NCBI RefSeq assembly: GCF_006345805.1
Contig: NC_043015.1
Location: forward strand, 42,346,001 to 42,410,000
DNA length: 64,000 nucleotides
Direction of reading: 5' to 3'
Origin: Octopus sinensis
Taxonomy: Eukaryota
Part shown: positions 50,678 through 63,950 of the stretch, piece by piece
How positions within the stretch are numbered: position 1 is the first letter of the stretch
Layout: the number at the start of each line of letters is the position of its first letter
Position numbers and translations under genes: made by a program
Notes under the pieces: model-generated
Databases searched by the model: none
What the model was told of the DNA's origin: nothing
Seen by the model: the letters and a program-made list of their open reading frames with translations, nothing else

Positions 50678-51868
50678 CTGAAATTGTAAAAAGAAAATCA
50701 CTTTTGTCTTGTAACTGTGGAATTAATTTCATTTTTTAATATCTGAGGCCTCTGGAGATATGCTGTGATTGAGAGGACCCGGCAAGTAAAGAGAGATCAC
50801 AGCCCTAGCCTATAACAGTGTTGCATAACCAGCCCTTTTAAAAAGTACCTTTGAATCGTTGGGTGACATGTCATGCTTGGGGAGATCTATTTAGTCAACT
50901 AAAATCAAAAATCAAAACACAATAAAAATGGAAATTGCAGTTGTGGCCAATGCCAGTGCCGCCTAACTGGCTCTCGTGCTGGTAGCACGCAATAAGCACC
51001 ATTGTGCCACCTGACTGGCTCTTGTGCTGGTGGCACACAATAAGCACTATCCATGCATAGGTCGTTGCCAGTTCAGCCTGACTGGCTCCCGTGCTGGTGA
51101 CATGTAAAAAAGCATCCACTACACCCTTGGAGTGGTAGGCGTTAGGAAGGGCATCCAGCTATAGAAACCTTGCCAGATCAGATTGGAGCCGGGTGTGGTC
51201 TCTTGGTTTGCCAGCCCTCAGTCAAATCGTCCAACCCATGCCAGCATGGAAAGCGGATGTTAAACGATGATGATGATGATATTCTTTTATATATTCATAG
51301 GTAAAGTCATGGCTATGTGGTAAGAAATTTGCTTCCCATCCATGTGGTTTTGAGTTCAGTCCCACAGCATGGCACCTTGAGTAAATGTCTTATACAACAG
51401 TCCTTGGTCAACCTTGAGTGCAAATTTGGTAGATGGATACTGGAAGAAGCTCATTGTATATGTGTGTGCGTATCATCCTCATCATCATCGTTTGACATCC
51501 ACTTTGCATGCTGGCATGGGTTAGATGATTTGACAAGAGCTGGCCAGGCAGATGATTGCACCAGACTTCTGTGTGTGTGTGTGTGTGTGTGTCCTTGGCC
51601 CGACATCATGTAATGGTTGTAATGGAGCATCACTGCCATACAAATGATGATGTCTGTTTCCAGTCTTCCCCAAAAGACATGTCTAGCTTGGAAACGGCTG
51701 AAGGTTGGCAACAGAAAGAGCATCTGGTTGTAGAAAAATCTCTGAAAAGACGAGATTTTTTCTTTTCTTAGCAAGAATGTCTTTGATCCATACGTCTGGC
51801 TTCTTCCACCACGTTTAACCTGGGACCCAAACAGCAACAAACAAGAGATTTAGGAAGACATTAGTTAC

Positions 51869-51989
51869 CTGTACTTCTCTTTCTACCTGTCTAAACTGTT
51901 CTTCTCTGATCTTTAATTCTCTCCGCAACTGTTTCAGATCATTTTCGGTATCTCTTCGTCGAGCTTTGCAGTTTTCTGAACATTCATCC
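51869..51989 (-). CDS. MACO1: Macoilin coding exon: DECSENCKARRRDTENDLKQLRRELKIREEQFRQVEREVQ
   Basis: Corresponds to macoilin GECTETLRNRIRELE...KVQ. Acceptor ttcccag|G, donor CAG|GTAACT. 121 nt, phase 2 to phase 0. Confidence 0.93.
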
Positions 51990-52714
51990 CTGGGAATAGA
52001 AATATTAAATAATATAAATACACGGCACGAGACATAGTCAGTTCATAAAAAACTAATACAAATAATAATTCTTCCTGATTTTTTGGCACAGGGTCAGTAA
52101 TTTTGAGCATAAAAAATTTTGATGGAAGATAATAATTTAGACCACTTTAAAGCAGTAAGTTTAGGTCACAGAATCTGGGGTGGTCTCGGGTAGGTTGGAA
52201 TCAAAAGGGTTAATGTAGATCACTTTATGGTGAGATCACTTTAGAACTTGGAATCAGAGACAGTCTAAGGCAAATTGGCACCAAAAGGATTAAACATTCA
52301 TTATTATATTTGTAGAGAAATACATTTCCTTTGTTTTAATTACTTTGAAAATGACGAAGAATTTAGTAAAATAACATTGTCATTATTAAGCTGGTGTTTG
52401 AAACGTAGCATGAAATTTTGCTGGGAAATTTTACGGATTCACACATATAAAGATGCACATCCTTACATACAAACATGGTACATAGTTGCATAACACACAC
52501 ACACACACAAGGAGACAGAGGTGCATACATATACAAACACATGCTCACACACACACACATACATAGAAAATACACAAACATGGACATGCAAGCACATAAA
52601 CATGTAGGATACGTACATACAGATGCACACACATACATACATATATACACATGCATACACACACATATATACATACACATGCAAACACACACACACACAC
52701 TGACCCACACACAG

Positions 52715-53160
52715 TGTTTGTGTTAATCAAAATCGAAATCGATCAACATCAATGGAATTTGTAGTTGTGGTACCAGTGCCAGTGGCACGTAAGAGAACCA
52801 TCCGAACGTGGCCGTAGCCAGCACCGCATCGACTGGCCTCTGTGCTGGTGGCACGTAACAAACACCATCCGATTGTGGCCGTGCCAGCCTCGCCTGGCCT
52901 CCGTGCCAGTGGCACGTAAAAAGCACCATCCGAGCGTGGCCGTTTGCCAGCCTCGTCTGGCACCTGTGTCGGTGGCACATAAAAAGCACCCACTACACTC
53001 ACGGAGTGGTTGGCATTAGGAAGGGCATCCAGCTGTAGAAACACCGCCAGATCAGACTGGAGCCTGGTGCAGCCTTTGGGCTTCCCAGACCCCAGTCACA
53101 ACCGTCCAACCCGTGCTAGCATGGAAAGCGGATGTTAAACGATGATGATGATGATGATGA
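52715..53160 (+). mobile_element. SINE/retroposon family C, representative copy ending in AACCCATGCTAGCATGGAAAGCGGACGTTAAAC(GAT)n
   Basis: Shared 3' tail with a (GAT)n end and internal repeats of GCCAGTGGCACGTAAAAAGCACC. Other copies at about 615-862, 7905-8285, 9650-10095, 10290-10525, 15490-16035, 18925-19190, 21280-21530, 22855-23290, 50920-51280, 56765-57030, 57350-57595. A LINE (RTE-type) origin of the tail is an inference. Confidence 0.8.
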
Positions 53161-53253
53161 AGCAGGGGGCAGTCGCAGAAGGGTTGGTACCAAAAGGACT
53201 AAAGACATAAAGATGTTTAAAAGAAAGGAAGAAAGCCGGGTTAATAACAGCAC

Positions 53254-53430
53254 CTTGCAGCAGCCAATAAAACAGCTCTGGTCGCAGACTCTTCGGCTTT
53301 TTTAGCCTTCCGTTCAGAAGCCAGCTGCTGCTCTATTACACATTTTCCTTTGCGCTCTTCTTGTAGTTTACGCTCCAAGATAGAGAGATTCTGTTTGTCT
53401 TGTTGTCTGCAGGTCACCAGATTGTGTAGT
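53254..53430 (-). CDS. MACO1: Macoilin coding exon: LHNLVTCRQQDKQNLSILERKLQEERKGKCVIEQQLASERKAKKAEESATRAVLLAAAR
   Basis: Aligns by eye with macoilin LHNAVQMKQKDKQNISQLEKKL...EEATAARAV. Acceptor tcttcag|A, donor AG|GTGCTG. 177 nt, phase 2 to phase 2. Not in the ORF track because it has no start codon. Confidence 0.94.
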
Positions 53431-53859
53431 CTGAAGAATTAACAGAAATAAAACCAAAAGTTATTCATACATGGACATCTCATCGACAATTTTTCTAACT
53501 GAAAAAATGATGGACGAAATAATGGAATCCAAGATACCTCTTAAAAGACATGATGGTCATGACCAGAATGCTTTTAGTCATAGGTTTTTAATCAAGCAAC
53601 AGCAACAGTAACAACAACAACTACTACTATATTCGTGGCTCCTCTCATTAACTTTCAATCTGAAATATTTGTGCCCAGCATTTACGAGTTAGGCATGTCC
53701 TCACAGAGAGGGTCATGGTTGGAATGGTTATCCATCTGGTGGTGGACCTTATGTCCTCCAATAAAGTTAAGATGTGATGAAACCAATGCTTTGTGAGTGG
53801 AATTGGTAGATGGAAACTGTGCAGAAGCTGTGTGCATGTCTGTGAGTGCATGTATGTAT

Positions 53860-54305
53860 GTATGGATAGAGGGATGTGTCTGTGTGTGTGTATGTAAACA
53901 GGAGCGTCCCTGTGTATGTGTGTGTGGGTATGTACATGCACAAATACAGGAGTGTGTCTGTGTGCATGTATACAAGAGTATGCATGTATGTGTGTATGGA
54001 TACAGGGATGCATCTATGTGTGTGTGTGTGTATGTATATGACAATGTATGTGTATGCATATAGGGGTGTGTGTGTGTATGTAAACAGGGGCGCCCCTGTG
54101 AATGTGTGTGCGTACATATATGACAATGTATGTGTATGCATATAGGGGTGTGTGTTTGTGTAAACAGGGGCACCCCTGTGAATGTGTGTGCGTGTGTGTA
54201 CAGATGCACATATACAGGAGTGTGTCTGTGTGCATGTATACAAGAGTATGCATGTATGTATACAAGGCTATGTGAGTGTGTATGCATACAGAGGTGTGTG
54301 TGTGT
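53860..54305. repeat. (TG)n-rich compound repeat with duplicated TGTAAACAGGGGCGCCCCTGTG modules
   Basis: The module recurs three times at about 53894, 54078 and 54160. Confidence 0.75.
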
Positions 54306-54569
54306 CCCCTGGCTGGTTTCTGTGCCTTTCTCAACACTATTTAATCAAAGAGCATCGATGTTGGTAACTGTCTCTGTGGCTTCATCAGTTCCAACATGAG
54401 ATGGCCAATGCTTTGCAAATTACCTTACCTGGAAAATAAAGTAAGGATCCGGCACCAAGCAAGCATATTCAGTCACAGAAAATCTCTCTGGACAGGCCTT
54501 GCTAACCCATGCCAGCATGGCAAAACAGACAATATATAAAAAAAAACAACATTGCTGTTGATGCTGATA

Positions 54570-54979
54570 ATGATGGTGGTGGTAGTGATGTGATGATGAT
54601 GATGATGGTTGTGATGAAGATGGTAACAATGATGCTGATAGTGATGATGATGCTGGATGGTAATCATGAACGATAGTGGTGATGATGGTGATGATAATGA
54701 TAATGGTGTTGTTGATGGGGATGATGATGATGATAGGGATGATGATGGTGGTGGTGATTATGGTGACTATGATGAGTATTATGATGATGATGGTGGCAAT
54801 GATGATTATGATGATAATGATGGTGGCAATGATGATTATGATGATGATGATGGTGGTGGTGGTGATGATGGTGGCAATGATGATTATTATGATGATGATG
54901 ATGGTGGTGGTGGTGATGATGGTGGCAATGATGATTATGATGATGATGATGATGGTGGTGGTGGTGATGATGGTGGCAA

Positions 54980-55011
<32 letters not shown>

Positions 55012-55330
55012 ATGATGGTGGCAATGATGATTATTATGATGATGATGATGGTGGTGGTGGTGATGATGGTGGCAATGATGATTATTATGATATGATATGA
55101 TGATGTGGCAATGATATTATGATGATGATGGTGGTGGTGGTGATGATGTGGCATGAGATGATGATGGTGGTGGTGGTGATGATGTGGCAATGATGATTAT
55201 GATATGATGATGGTGGATGGTGGCAATGATGATTATTATGATGATGGTGGGGTGGTGATGATGGTGGCAATGATGATTATTATGATGATGATGATGGTGG
55301 TGATGATGAATGATTATGATGATGATGGTG
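54570..55330. repeat. (GAT/GGT) triplet block with a higher-order ~45-48-bp unit
   Basis: GATGATGATGATGGTGGTGGTGGTGATGATGGTGGCAATGATGATTAT is repeated, and becomes degenerate after about 55090. Confidence 0.9.
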
Positions 55331-55392
55331 ATGAAACAACAACCCCAGTGAACCAACCCTAAACATTTAGCCTGGTGCTGGGCCCTACTCAC

Positions 55393-55551
55393 TTGTTCTG
55401 TAAATTTTCATTGTCTTGCTGTAGTTGATATAATTCTGACCGCATGGATTTGTCTGACAGGGACATATTTGTAATTTGTGACCGTAACTCTTGTTCGGAA
55501 TTACGACTAGACTGAAGATCTGCTTTCAAGCGTTTTACATCATTCTCTAAT
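55393..55551 (-). CDS. MACO1: Macoilin coding exon: RLENDVKRLKADLQSSRNSEQELRSQITNMSLSDKSMRSELYQLQQDNENLQNK
   Basis: Matches the start of the macoilin coiled coil (LEQDIKKLKADLQASRQVEQELRSQI). Acceptor atttcag|A, donor AA|GTGAGT. 159 nt. Confidence 0.96.
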
Positions 55552-57700
55552 CTGAAATTAAAGAAAAAAAGACAAACATGAAGCCAAATATTCAATAGCA
55601 GAGCAAAGTAGCGGTGCCCCAGCATGGCCACAGCTCGTGAGCTGAAACTAGATGAAATAGCAAGATATTTTGAGCCAAATATGTTATGAATACATTGTTG
55701 TTGCAAAAAGGGAGGAGTTTTTTTGTCTCCTGTGACATAAACAACAGCGACTAGCATATTTGTATTTGAATCAGTCAGAAAATGTTGATTTCAAATTTTG
55801 GCACAGGGCCAGCAATTTTGGGGGAGGTGTTAAGTCAATTGCACGCCCATCGACCCTGAAAGGATGAACGGCACAAGTTGACCTCGGTGGAATTTGAACT
55901 CAGAACATGGAGACAGACAAAATGCCACTAAACATTCTGCCCAGCATGCTAATGATTCTGCCAGCTTGCCACCTTAATCAGCGAGAATATATTAAGAAGA
56001 AATATGTAAATCATCATTTCAGATATTTTAGCTATACCTTTTTTTTTCATCCTTTACTCATTTCCGTCTTTGAACTGTGCCCATGCTGGAGCACTGTCTC
56101 GAAGGGTTTTTAGTTGAACAAAATTGGACCCTAGTATTTTGTTTGTAAGTCTGGTACTTATTTTATTTGTCTGTTTTGCTGAACCACCAACTTACAGGAA
56201 TGTAAACAAACCAACACTGGCTGTCAAGCAGTGAGGGGACAAACACACACACAAACAAACATGACAAGCTTCCACAGTTTTCATCTATCAACTTCAATCA
56301 CAAATCATTAGTCAGCCCAAGACTTATAATAGAAGACAATTGCCTAAAGTGCCATGCAATGGGATTGAACATGAAACCCCATGGCTGCAAAGTGAGCTTC
56401 TTAACCACACAGCCAAACAGAGTGCACCATTAAACATCCCCTTATTTCCAAGTCTACATTTACCTATCAATATATAAGGGGCCCCCCAGTAACATAATAC
56501 ACTGAGTAAGCCATGACATGGTCACACGATATGGAAAACATAGCAGCCAAATCTCTATCAAACTGTCTTCAAAGAAAAATAAAGGAAGGCACTACACACT
56601 GGGCAATACAATGACACGGCTGCGTGGTTGTGTAGTTTGTTTTCCAGCAATCTGGTTTCAGGTTCAAGCACTGGCTGGGCAAAGCCATGTGAATGGATTC
56701 AGCTGAAGGAAACTAAAAGAAGCCTACCACATGTGTGTGTGTATGTGTGGGCGCAATATATTTTCCGTCCAACCCATGCTAGCATGGAAAGCAGACGTTA
56801 AACGATGATGATGATGATGATGATGATATATATATATAAATATATATATATTTATATATATATATATATGGCGTTAGGAAGGCGTTAGGAAGGGCATCCA
56901 GCCGTAGAAACACTGCCAGATCTGACTGGGCCTGATGAAGCCTTCCGGCTTCACGGACCCCAGTTGAACCGTCCAACCCATGCTAGCATGGAAAGCGGAC
57001 GCTAAACGATGATGATGATGATGATGATGATATATATATATAAATATATACTTGCATACCTGCATCATCAGTGTAATAGCCACATTTCTATGTGTACATG
57101 GGTCAAATGGAATCTGTTGGGGCAGGTTTTCTACAGCCAGATGCCCCCACCCCATAACCAATCATCATCATCATCACCATTAGTTTAACATCCACATTTC
57201 CACGTGCGCATGACACAAATGGAATTTGTCAAGGTAGATTTTTTCTTCAGCTAAATGCCCTTCCTGCTGTCAACCCTCATGTCTTTCCAAGTAAGGTAAT
57301 ATTTTTACCAATGGAAGACAAGAAACAAATAACATTATTAGTCAACAAGATTCGAGCAAGGTCGTTGCCAGTACCGCCTGACTGGCCCCCCCCATGCCAG
57401 TGGCACGTAAAAAGCACCCACTACACTCTCGGAGTGGTTGGCGTTAGGAAGGGCATCCAGCTGTAGAAACACTGCCAGATCAAGATTGTAACTTAGTGCA
57501 GCCATCTCGTTCGCCAGCCCTCAGTCAAAATCGTCCAACCCATGCTAGCATGGAAAGCGGACGTTAAACGAGGATGACGATGATGATGATGATGTACAAA
57601 GGTGACGTTTATCTACAACCATCACATGACATCAAGAAACAAAAAAAAAAAGAAAGAAAGAAAAAAAACTACAAAAAAAAAAAAACAAACGAAAACTCAC

Positions 57701-58058
57701 CTGTTTATTACTTCATCTTTGTTGTTGTTAAATGTCGGAGAAATGTCTTTATTGTAATTTTTACCTTTCTTTGAATTATTCTCCTTGTTACTGTTTAGTT
57801 TGTTACCTTGTGATTTCGAAACTGTGTTAGATTTGTACGATTTGGTATGGTGATCATTTTCTGTGTTTTCATCATAGTCATTTACATTAGATTTTTTTGA
57901 TAAAGGCTGTTCTATAAAATCATATTCTTCTTCGTCGTCGTCGTCTGTGTTTTTCGTTAAATGTTTCGCTTTATCTTTGTCCTCGTTATCTGTTTTATGA
58001 GATTTCTTTCCGGAAACTCCGTTTGAAATAACTTCTTCGTCTGTTTTAGAAGAAAGAG
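57701..58058 (-). CDS. MACO1: Macoilin coding exon: low-complexity acidic/Lys/Asn-rich linker (ALSSKTDEEV...NNNKDEVINR)
   Basis: Open frame between acceptor gttgcag|CT and donor AG|GTGAGT. 358 nt, phase 1 to phase 2, consistent with both flanking exons. Corresponds in position to the variable macoilin linker. Confidence 0.88.
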
Positions 58059-58110
58059 CTGCAACAACAGAGACAGACAAAACAACAGAGTTAGCAACAG
58101 AGTATTATTA

Positions 58111-58721
58111 GGTTCATTACCTTTTGACGTACAGATTTTAAAAATAATTTTTTTGTAACTAAACATTTTCAAACTTCGGACACTGGTAGAATGTATCATA
58201 TAAAACATGTTTTACTCTTAGCATTTTTGAGGAAAACTTATATTTACAAAGTAATTTCACGTTAAAGTAGTCCTATTTTGGTAATTTCAACCAATCAATG
58301 ACGTGTATTCAGCTGAATAAAATTACTGCCATTGTTTGTCAACAAGAACTATCGGTGGTGTATTTTTCGTTTGTCACTGTTGTTTATGACATTGTTTGTA
58401 CGTTTGTACTGGTTTTAGATTTAGGGTTTTAGGGTTAGGGTTGTCATAAATAACAGTAACAAACAAAAAATACACCACTGGAAGTTCTTGTTGACAAACA
58501 ACGGCAGTAATTTTATTCAGCTGAATACACGTCATTGATTGGTTGAAATTACTGAAATAGGACTACTTTAACGTGAAATTACTTAGTAAATATAAGTTTT
58601 TCTCAAAAACGCTAAGAGTAAAAGATGTTTTATATGACACATTCTACCAGTGTCTGAAGTTTGAAAAAGTTTAGTTACAAAAAATTATTTTTTAAATCTG
58701 TAGGTCAAAAGGTAAAGATCC
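58111..58721. mobile_element. Large palindromic MITE-like element in a macoilin intron
   Basis: Arms 58111-58391 and 58442-58721 are reverse complements with scattered substitutions. The 50-nt loop contains TTAGGG-like repeats. Confidence 0.8.
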
Positions 58722-59025
58722 GGTTCTTCTCACTTGGAACGATGTCCTACACTTCAAGAGGAAGGAAGAATTATGTGATGTATTCAGTTCAACTGTGTAG
58801 CATTTTGGGGCAAGTGTCTTCTGACATAGCCCAGGCCAACCAAACGCTTTGTGAATGGATTTGGGAGACTGATTGTATATGAATGTACATATGTAGTGTA
58901 TGTGTGTGTGTTTGTATCCCGTATTCTTGACACCATTTGATAGCTTTAAATGAGTTTGTATCACACTGTCATACATGCCGTGTCACTTGTTTCCAATCTT
59001 CCATGAAAACATGCCTGGTCATGAA

Positions 59026-59100
59026 CCGGGCTGGCTCAAGGTAGCTGACAACTCAGGCACCACATGCTAGGGGGCGCCAGCAATACTAGGGCCGGCCCTG
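59026..59100. mobile_element. 75-bp hAT-like miniature element
   Basis: Ends CCGGGCTGGCTC and AGGGCCGGCCCTG, flanked by 8-bp direct repeats GTCATGAA (59018-59025) and GTCATGAG (59101-59108). Confidence 0.6.
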
Positions 59101-60674
59101 GTCATGAGGAAGTATTACCGGGCTTGGAAACAAGCGAGAATTGGCGACAGAAAGGACATCCGGTCAATGCGTTCCGTTTGAATCGTGCAAGTGGACGCTA
59201 AAACGACATTAATAATGAAGAAAGAAATAATTTGAGTTCAAGAAGTAAGGGAAGCAACTCATGATGACTTGGTGTTACTTTGACCATCTTCAGTAAAATA
59301 ATCCCGTACATTTACTTAGTGATTCTCCCATCATTATTCAGCAAAAATGGTAAAGTCCATAGTTTACAGTAGATTGAATAGTATCCGAAGTTATCTCCCA
59401 TACCTCTCAAAATAATTTTTTTTTTACAGCAAAACTATTTCTTTTACTACCCACAAAGAGCTAAAACACAGAGAGGACAAACAAGGACAGACGAACGGAT
59501 TATGTCTATTATATCGACCCCAGCGTATCACTGGTACTTATTTAATCGACCCAGAAAGGATGAAAGGCAAAGTCGACCTCGGCAGAATTTGAACTCAGAA
59601 TGTAGCGGCAGAAGAAATACCTATTTCTTTACTACCCACAAGGGGCTAAACACAGAGGACAAACAAGGACAGACAAACGGATTATATCGACCCCAGTGCG
59701 TCACTGGTACTTATTTAATCGACCCCGAAAGGATGAAAGGCAAAGTCGACCTCGGCAGAATTTGAACTCAGAATGTAGCGGCAGAAGAAATACCTATTTC
59801 TTTACTACCCACAAGGGGCTAAACACAGAGGACAAACAAGGACAGACAAACGGATTATATCGATTATATCGACCCCAGTGCGTCACTGGTACTTATTTAA
59901 TCGACCCCGAAAGGATGAAAGGCAAAGTCGACCTCATCGGAATTTGAACTCAGAATGTAACGGCAGACGAAATACTGCTAAGCATTTCGTCCAGCGTACT
60001 AACAATTCTGCCAGCTCGCCACCTTATAGAAGGCTCACTAAAAAACTATTGTCAGTGAGCCTTCTTTGATGCTCCTTGTATTGAATATCAATACTGAGAC
60101 TTCTGTATTTGATGACATAAAAGACAAACGGCCATATTAGAAGAACCCAGACTTCAGCAGTGCATATTTGGAATAAAAAGTTTTCTGGTCATTAACACAT
60201 GTAGCAGAGGCCCAGCTTTGCACATGGGACCAGAAGAGCTTTTTTTCCCCCAAGACATTTTTAAACAAAAATAAGTGCATTCTATATACCATCAAATATG
60301 GTAACTAAAGTATTTCAAATGGATGGTGACTTCCACGAAATTAGTATAATGTCTGATTAAGAATGCTTATATTATCATCGTTATGTAGACTCACATCTCA
60401 ATGACATTATGTACACAGGGTAAGTGGAGAACTGACAGTTCACCAACATTAAGCTGCATTCGATGTCAAGGATATATTTTAGCACTCTCATCTCTTAGAA
60501 CAGCATTCTTTCCTAATTAGCTATTGTAATCAGAATTAATAGGACCCAAACTCTTTATTTAAAACTATCAGCTGGTTATTGTTACTGAAAAGTCTTCATC
60601 CTAAAGTAACAAACCATTTCCACTCTGTATATTTTGTATGTGAATATACATATACATATATATATATATATATA

Positions 60675-61545
60675 TATTGCATCATGCCATAAATAATGCG
60701 TTTTTTTCAATTGCATGAACTAAAAGTCGGAGGAGGACAGGATAAACTACCTGCATCAACTTGCTATAAAAGCAGGTAGTAATTTTACCTTGTACTTATT
60801 CTTAGTGCAAGTTTTGAAGAGTGCAGTTGGATTTTAAGAGTTACTTATTTCAAAACTATAATGGCAGTAACAAAGGAGCATATTCGGCATATTTTGCTTT
60901 GTGAGTTCAATAAAGGCAACAATGCAATAGAAAGTGCAAGGAATATTAATGTAATATATATGGGGATTGAACAGCATGCACAAGCCAGTGTCAACGGTGG
61001 TTCTAGAAATTCCGAGCCAGAAACTACAGCCAAGAAGACGAGCCTCAGCCTGGAAGATCTGTAGGGCTCGATGAGGACGTCCTGCAAACCCTGGTGGAAC
61101 AAAATCCCATTGTAACTGTTGAAGATCTAGCAAAAAAGCTTGGATTTGGCCATTCACCCATTCACTGCCATTGGAAAAGTCAGCAAAATGAGTTTCTCAC
61201 AAACTTTCCAAGTCTAATTATGCACAGAAAGTGAATGTATGCTCTTCTTTGCTGTCACGTCTCACAAATGAACCTCTTTTCGACCAAACAGTGACTGTTG
61301 ACAAGAAATGGGTTCTCTATAAAAATGTCAAGCACCGAAGACAGTGGGCAGGGAAAAGAGAAACACCGGTATTTCAGGCTAAAGAAGGTGTTCACGCAAG
61401 TAAGGTGTTATCTGTTTGGTGGGATATGAAAGGTTTATTTTACTTTGAACTTTTAAACGCAAACCAAATGATAACAAATGAGATCTACTGTGAGAAGCTT
61501 GAGTGGCTTAAGTCAGCACCAGAAGAAAAACAACCATAATAGATA
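60675..61545 (+). mobile_element. Decayed, 3'-truncated mariner transposon in a macoilin intron
   Basis: MAVTKEHIRHILLCEFNKGNNAIESARNI (N-terminal HTH), then VTVDKKWVLY (cf. VTGDEKW), EGVHASKVLSVWWD (cf. LHPKK..LSVWWD). Frameshifted. Confidence 0.85.
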
Positions 61546-61603
61546 ATAGTGTGGTTATAGAAAAGTAGAGGAGCCAAAGATGTTTTTTGGTGGTGGGTCT
61601 TAC

Positions 61604-61706
61604 CTCGCTGTTTTTCTGAATAAGAATTCTGAATATCAGGCGGTAAAGCTTTCAGTAAAAGTAATATATAAAATTCATTTGCTTTTTGAACTTCTTTTTG
61701 TTTACG
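61604..61706 (-). CDS. MACO1: Macoilin coding exon: RKQKEVQKANEFYILLLLKALPPDIQNSYSEKQR
   Basis: Matches macoilin RKQKEVQKENEFYMQLLQQALPP. Acceptor tttag|CGT, donor G|GTAAGA. 103 nt, phase 0 to phase 1. Confidence 0.95.
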
Positions 61707-61979
61707 CTAAATAAATAGAAAAACAGAAAAAAAAAAAAGAAAAATTGAATTAAAAATATACAAGGAAATTAATATAAGTCGTTAGATAGAAAATCTTTTA
61801 TTTCAAACCTCACTGGGCAATGCTAAATATATCAATATTAGAGTTGTTTTCTTAAATTACGAAACATGTCCTCAAATACTTCACACCCTGTATATAAAAA
61901 TCTACATTACATAATGTATACAACGAACATAGAATTTGTGTTTGATTGCAAAAGAGAAAATATAATTTGAATAACTTAC

Positions 61980-62046
61980 CAATCTCATTCTGTATGAAAT
62001 GTAACTTTTAAAACCAAATCCTAAAGTGACAACTGGGTATCCTATG
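61980..62046 (-). CDS. MACO1: Macoilin coding exon: IGYPVVTLGFGFKSYISYRMRL
   Basis: Near-identical to vertebrate macoilin IGYPVVTLGFGFKSYVSYKMRL. Acceptor cttttcag|C, donor TTG|GTAAGT. 67 nt, phase 2 to phase 0. Confidence 0.96.
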
Positions 62047-63534
62047 CTGAAAGGGAGTAAGAAGAGAGAGAGTGTGTCAATTTCCACACAGGGAATAGTA
62101 AACAGACATTAGAAATTACTAGAAGATCTCATATATATAGTAACTGTCATGTTAAAATGTTAATTAGCTGCAATTAATTTGTGTGTGTGTATATCATCAT
62201 CATTTAGCAACTTATTTCTTTATTGTCCACAAGGAGCTAAACACAGAGAGGACAAACAAGGACAGACAAATGGATTAAGTCGATTATAAAGACCTCAGTG
62301 CGTAACTGGTACTTATTTAATCGACCCCGAAAGGATGAAATGCTAAGTCGACCATGGCGGATTTTGAACTCAGAACGTAACGGCAGACGAAATACCTATT
62401 TCTTTACTACCCACAAGGGGCTAAACACAGAGGGGACAAACAAAGACAGACAGAGGGATTAAGTCGATTATATCGACCCCAGTGCGTAACTGGTACTTAT
62501 TTAATTGACCCTGAAAGGATGAAAGGCTAAGTCGACCTCAGTGGAATTTGAACTCAGAACGTAGCAGCAGACAGAACACCGCTAAGCATTTCGCCCGACA
62601 TGCTAACGTTTAGCATCTGTTATCCATGCAGGCATGGGTCGGACAGTTTCACAAGGGCTGGTAAGCTGAGGGGCTGCACCAGACCCCTGTCTGATTTGGC
62701 ATGGTTTTCTATGGATGGATGCCCTTCCTAACACCAAGCACTCCAAGAATGTAAGGAGTGCTTTTACATACCACCAGCATGGGTGTCAGTTTGCAGGAGA
62801 CCAATATCTTACACAACTATGATTCCACTAGGCTCGATTGATCTTCTTCTTCTGAAGCACAGGATATTGCCAGAGGTCTCGATCGTTTGTCATTGGCTCT
62901 GTGACATCATTGGCATTACGAAGGGCATTCAGCCAAAGAAACCATGTCAAAGCAGACAGCAGAGTCTGGTCTTCTGACTGGCCAATTACTATGAAACAGC
63001 AACCCATAAGAACATGTTAGTTAATTTTTGTTTAAATTATGCACGCGTACACACACACACACACATCCACACACATTTATATATAAGTGATTATATCCTG
63101 TCATGAACTCATGTTACATAAATTTTTCACATAAGACAGATGGGATTACCAGAGCACATTCCAGCTGTTTTGGATCCTGCGTTTATTACAAGACCAGCAC
63201 ACACAATATACACTTATAAGTATTTCATGACAAACTTTACACGAGTCTTTACTGACCATTTTTACTTTTCCTTTTTTAACAAGAATATATCATCATGACA
63301 TCACCAGTAGAAAAATTAGCCATCAAAGCTGGATCCCTCTCTACCTGGTGACAGTTTAAATCTGTTCTGAACATAATGAAATAATCTCGATTAGGGTTCA
63401 GGGTTTTTTTCCCAGTCGTACTGGCTTATGTCCCCTCATACAAGCTGAGACATAATGTAACGAGGTGGACCAGGCAGGTTTATAGTTCAAATCTTAACAA
63501 CTGCTAATTTTATATCCATTAAAAAGAGGCTGGG

Positions 63535-63685
63535 AAAAGTTCAGAGAGTTTCTATCTTTGTTGGTAACAAAGGGCCTCTCCCCTCTGACTGAAAGGGCTG
63601 ATTGTATGATGCCTGCGTTCAAGCAGCCACGCTACATGGCAGTGAAACATGGGCTGTGACTGCATAGGATATGCAAAGGCTTCAG
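63535..63685 (+). mobile_element. RTE LINE ORF2 fragment truncated by a SINE
   Basis: LYDACVQAATLHGSETWAVTA*DMQRL matches the RTE LY.ACV....LHGSETW motif. Confidence 0.6.
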
Positions 63686-63692
63686 AGAAAAG

Positions 63693-63731
<39 letters not shown>

Positions 63732-63950
63732 CCATATATACGACGGGCTTCTTTCAGTTTCCATCTACCAAATCCACTCACAATGCTTTGGTCGGCCCAG
63801 TGCTATAGTAGAAGACACTTGCCCAATGTGCCACGCAGTGGGACTGAACCCGGAACCATGTGGTTCGTAAGCAAGCTACTTACCACACATACACATCGAC
63901 AAACAGACAGACAGACAGATACGTTAAGAACATTTGAAGAGAATAGTTAC

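Noticed and set aside
54420-55392. Poly-His, poly-Asp/Gly and poly-Met ORFs
   Set aside because: They come from an intronic triplet repeat within macoilin. Macoilin exon phases are complete without them.
58410-58442. Telomeric repeat suggesting a chromosome end or fusion site
   Set aside because: Only a few degenerate TTAGGG units, located in the loop of a palindromic element inside an intron.
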